From Planctomycetales bacterium (lineage in GTDB: Bacteria > Planctomycetota > Planctomycetia > Pirellulales > S012-138), in contig WFOE01000107.1 in assembly GCA_015488215.1 (NCBI GenBank), forward strand, positions 1 through 61,957: DNA of 61,957 nucleotides, read 5' to 3'. Positions 61,443-61,957 of the stretch are shown one piece after another (within the stretch, counting starts at the first letter, position 1; the number at the start of each line of letters is the position of its first letter). A model generated the notes under the pieces. That model was not told where the DNA came from and searched no databases. It saw only the letters and a program-made list of their open reading frames with translations. The position numbers and the translations under genes are program-made.

Positions 61443-61612
61443 CACGTGCCGGAGAAGAGGCTCCCCTTCGGCAACGTCGGGACTGAGCTTCCTGCTTGTG
61501 TACCGTAAAGCCCGGGTAAAGTATCCAGCCAGGGGGCTTTGCGTACATGGGCAGATGATTCGCCCGGTGATTCGACTTCCCGTTAGTGTGTGTTCGGTTT
61601 GTTTTTGCCACT

Positions 61613-61957
61613 GGCAAGCCCCGGACTTCGGTTCGGGGAGATGAGAGGAAACGGTCTTTTGTGACTTTTCTCCGGGAGCTAACACTCACGGCTCGCCGAG
61701 TGCCGATTGCGACTCTACACGCTCGTTTATTCTTGCCTCGGAGCGGAAGCTCCCAGTGGTCACGGCCCGGCCGCCTCCGCCGACTGAAGTCGGCGGCTCG
61801 CTGAGTGCGATGAGCGATAACGAGCTGCCGATTCCGAATCGAGTACGAGCACGAGCGTTTGTTTTCCGCTGGTGCGGGAGCACCCGCGCAAGGCGCACGG
61901 CGCAAGCCGCAAGCCTATCCTCGCCCGGAGCGGAAGCTCCCCTCCAAGCCCCCACAC
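61613..61957 (-). repeat. Modular intergenic repeat locus H (truncated by window end)
   Basis: Inverted REP doublet 61613/61670; hairpin 61740; REP 61775; hexamers ~61828-61857; hairpin 61871; heptamer cassette 61885-61915; hairpin 61927; octamer cassette 61941-end. Confidence 0.92.

Noticed and set aside
61490-61570. c-di-GMP-I riboswitch-like words on the minus strand (GGCGAA...ACGCAAAGCC)
   Set aside because: No GNRA tetraloop or receptor, and no downstream gene in that orientation.
1-61957. Window ends form an imperfect inverted repeat (1-142 vs ~61797-61914), suggesting a giant transposon or linear replicon
   Set aside because: Both ends are ordinary members of the dispersed family with equally similar internal copies, and the cargo is housekeeping genes with no transposase. 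Contig breaks at repeats explain it better.

Overview
About 62 kb of high-GC bacterial chromosome, most likely from a Planctomycetota genome. That assignment is inferred from planctomycete-type genes: a giant PQQ/TPR propeller, DUF1080, a BON protein with an aromatic tail, SpoVG with a zinc ribbon, and an ExbBD/prenyltransferase-barrel cluster. It holds about 43 CDS, mostly housekeeping, envelope or signalling genes (serC, moxR-DUF58-transglutaminase, copA, ald, glnE, queF, ispE, spoVG, mog, xerC, an AsmA-like gene, NRAMP, rhomboid). I found no rRNA, tRNA, cas, transposase or phage genes. Two things stand out. (1) A dispersed, modular intergenic repeat family occupies 8 loci, including both window ends. 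It is built from a 14-bp mini-hairpin GG(T/A)GC-TTCC-GC(A/T)CC, four simple tandem-repeat cassettes, and a 28-bp REP-like hairpin (GGCGAG-8-bp stem-4-nt loop-stem-AG) with strong stem covariation, inverted doublets and loop-anchored truncations or duplications. No mobilizing gene lies in the window. (2) An operon encodes a TPR protein, ExbB, ExbD and a protein with a TonB/TolA-like SxxxH membrane helix, a long Pro-rich linker and a C-terminal squalene-cyclase-like alpha/alpha barrel, i.e. a candidate PMF-powered envelope machine of unknown function. All coordinates and counts were read by eye; product names come from motif recognition, not database searches.
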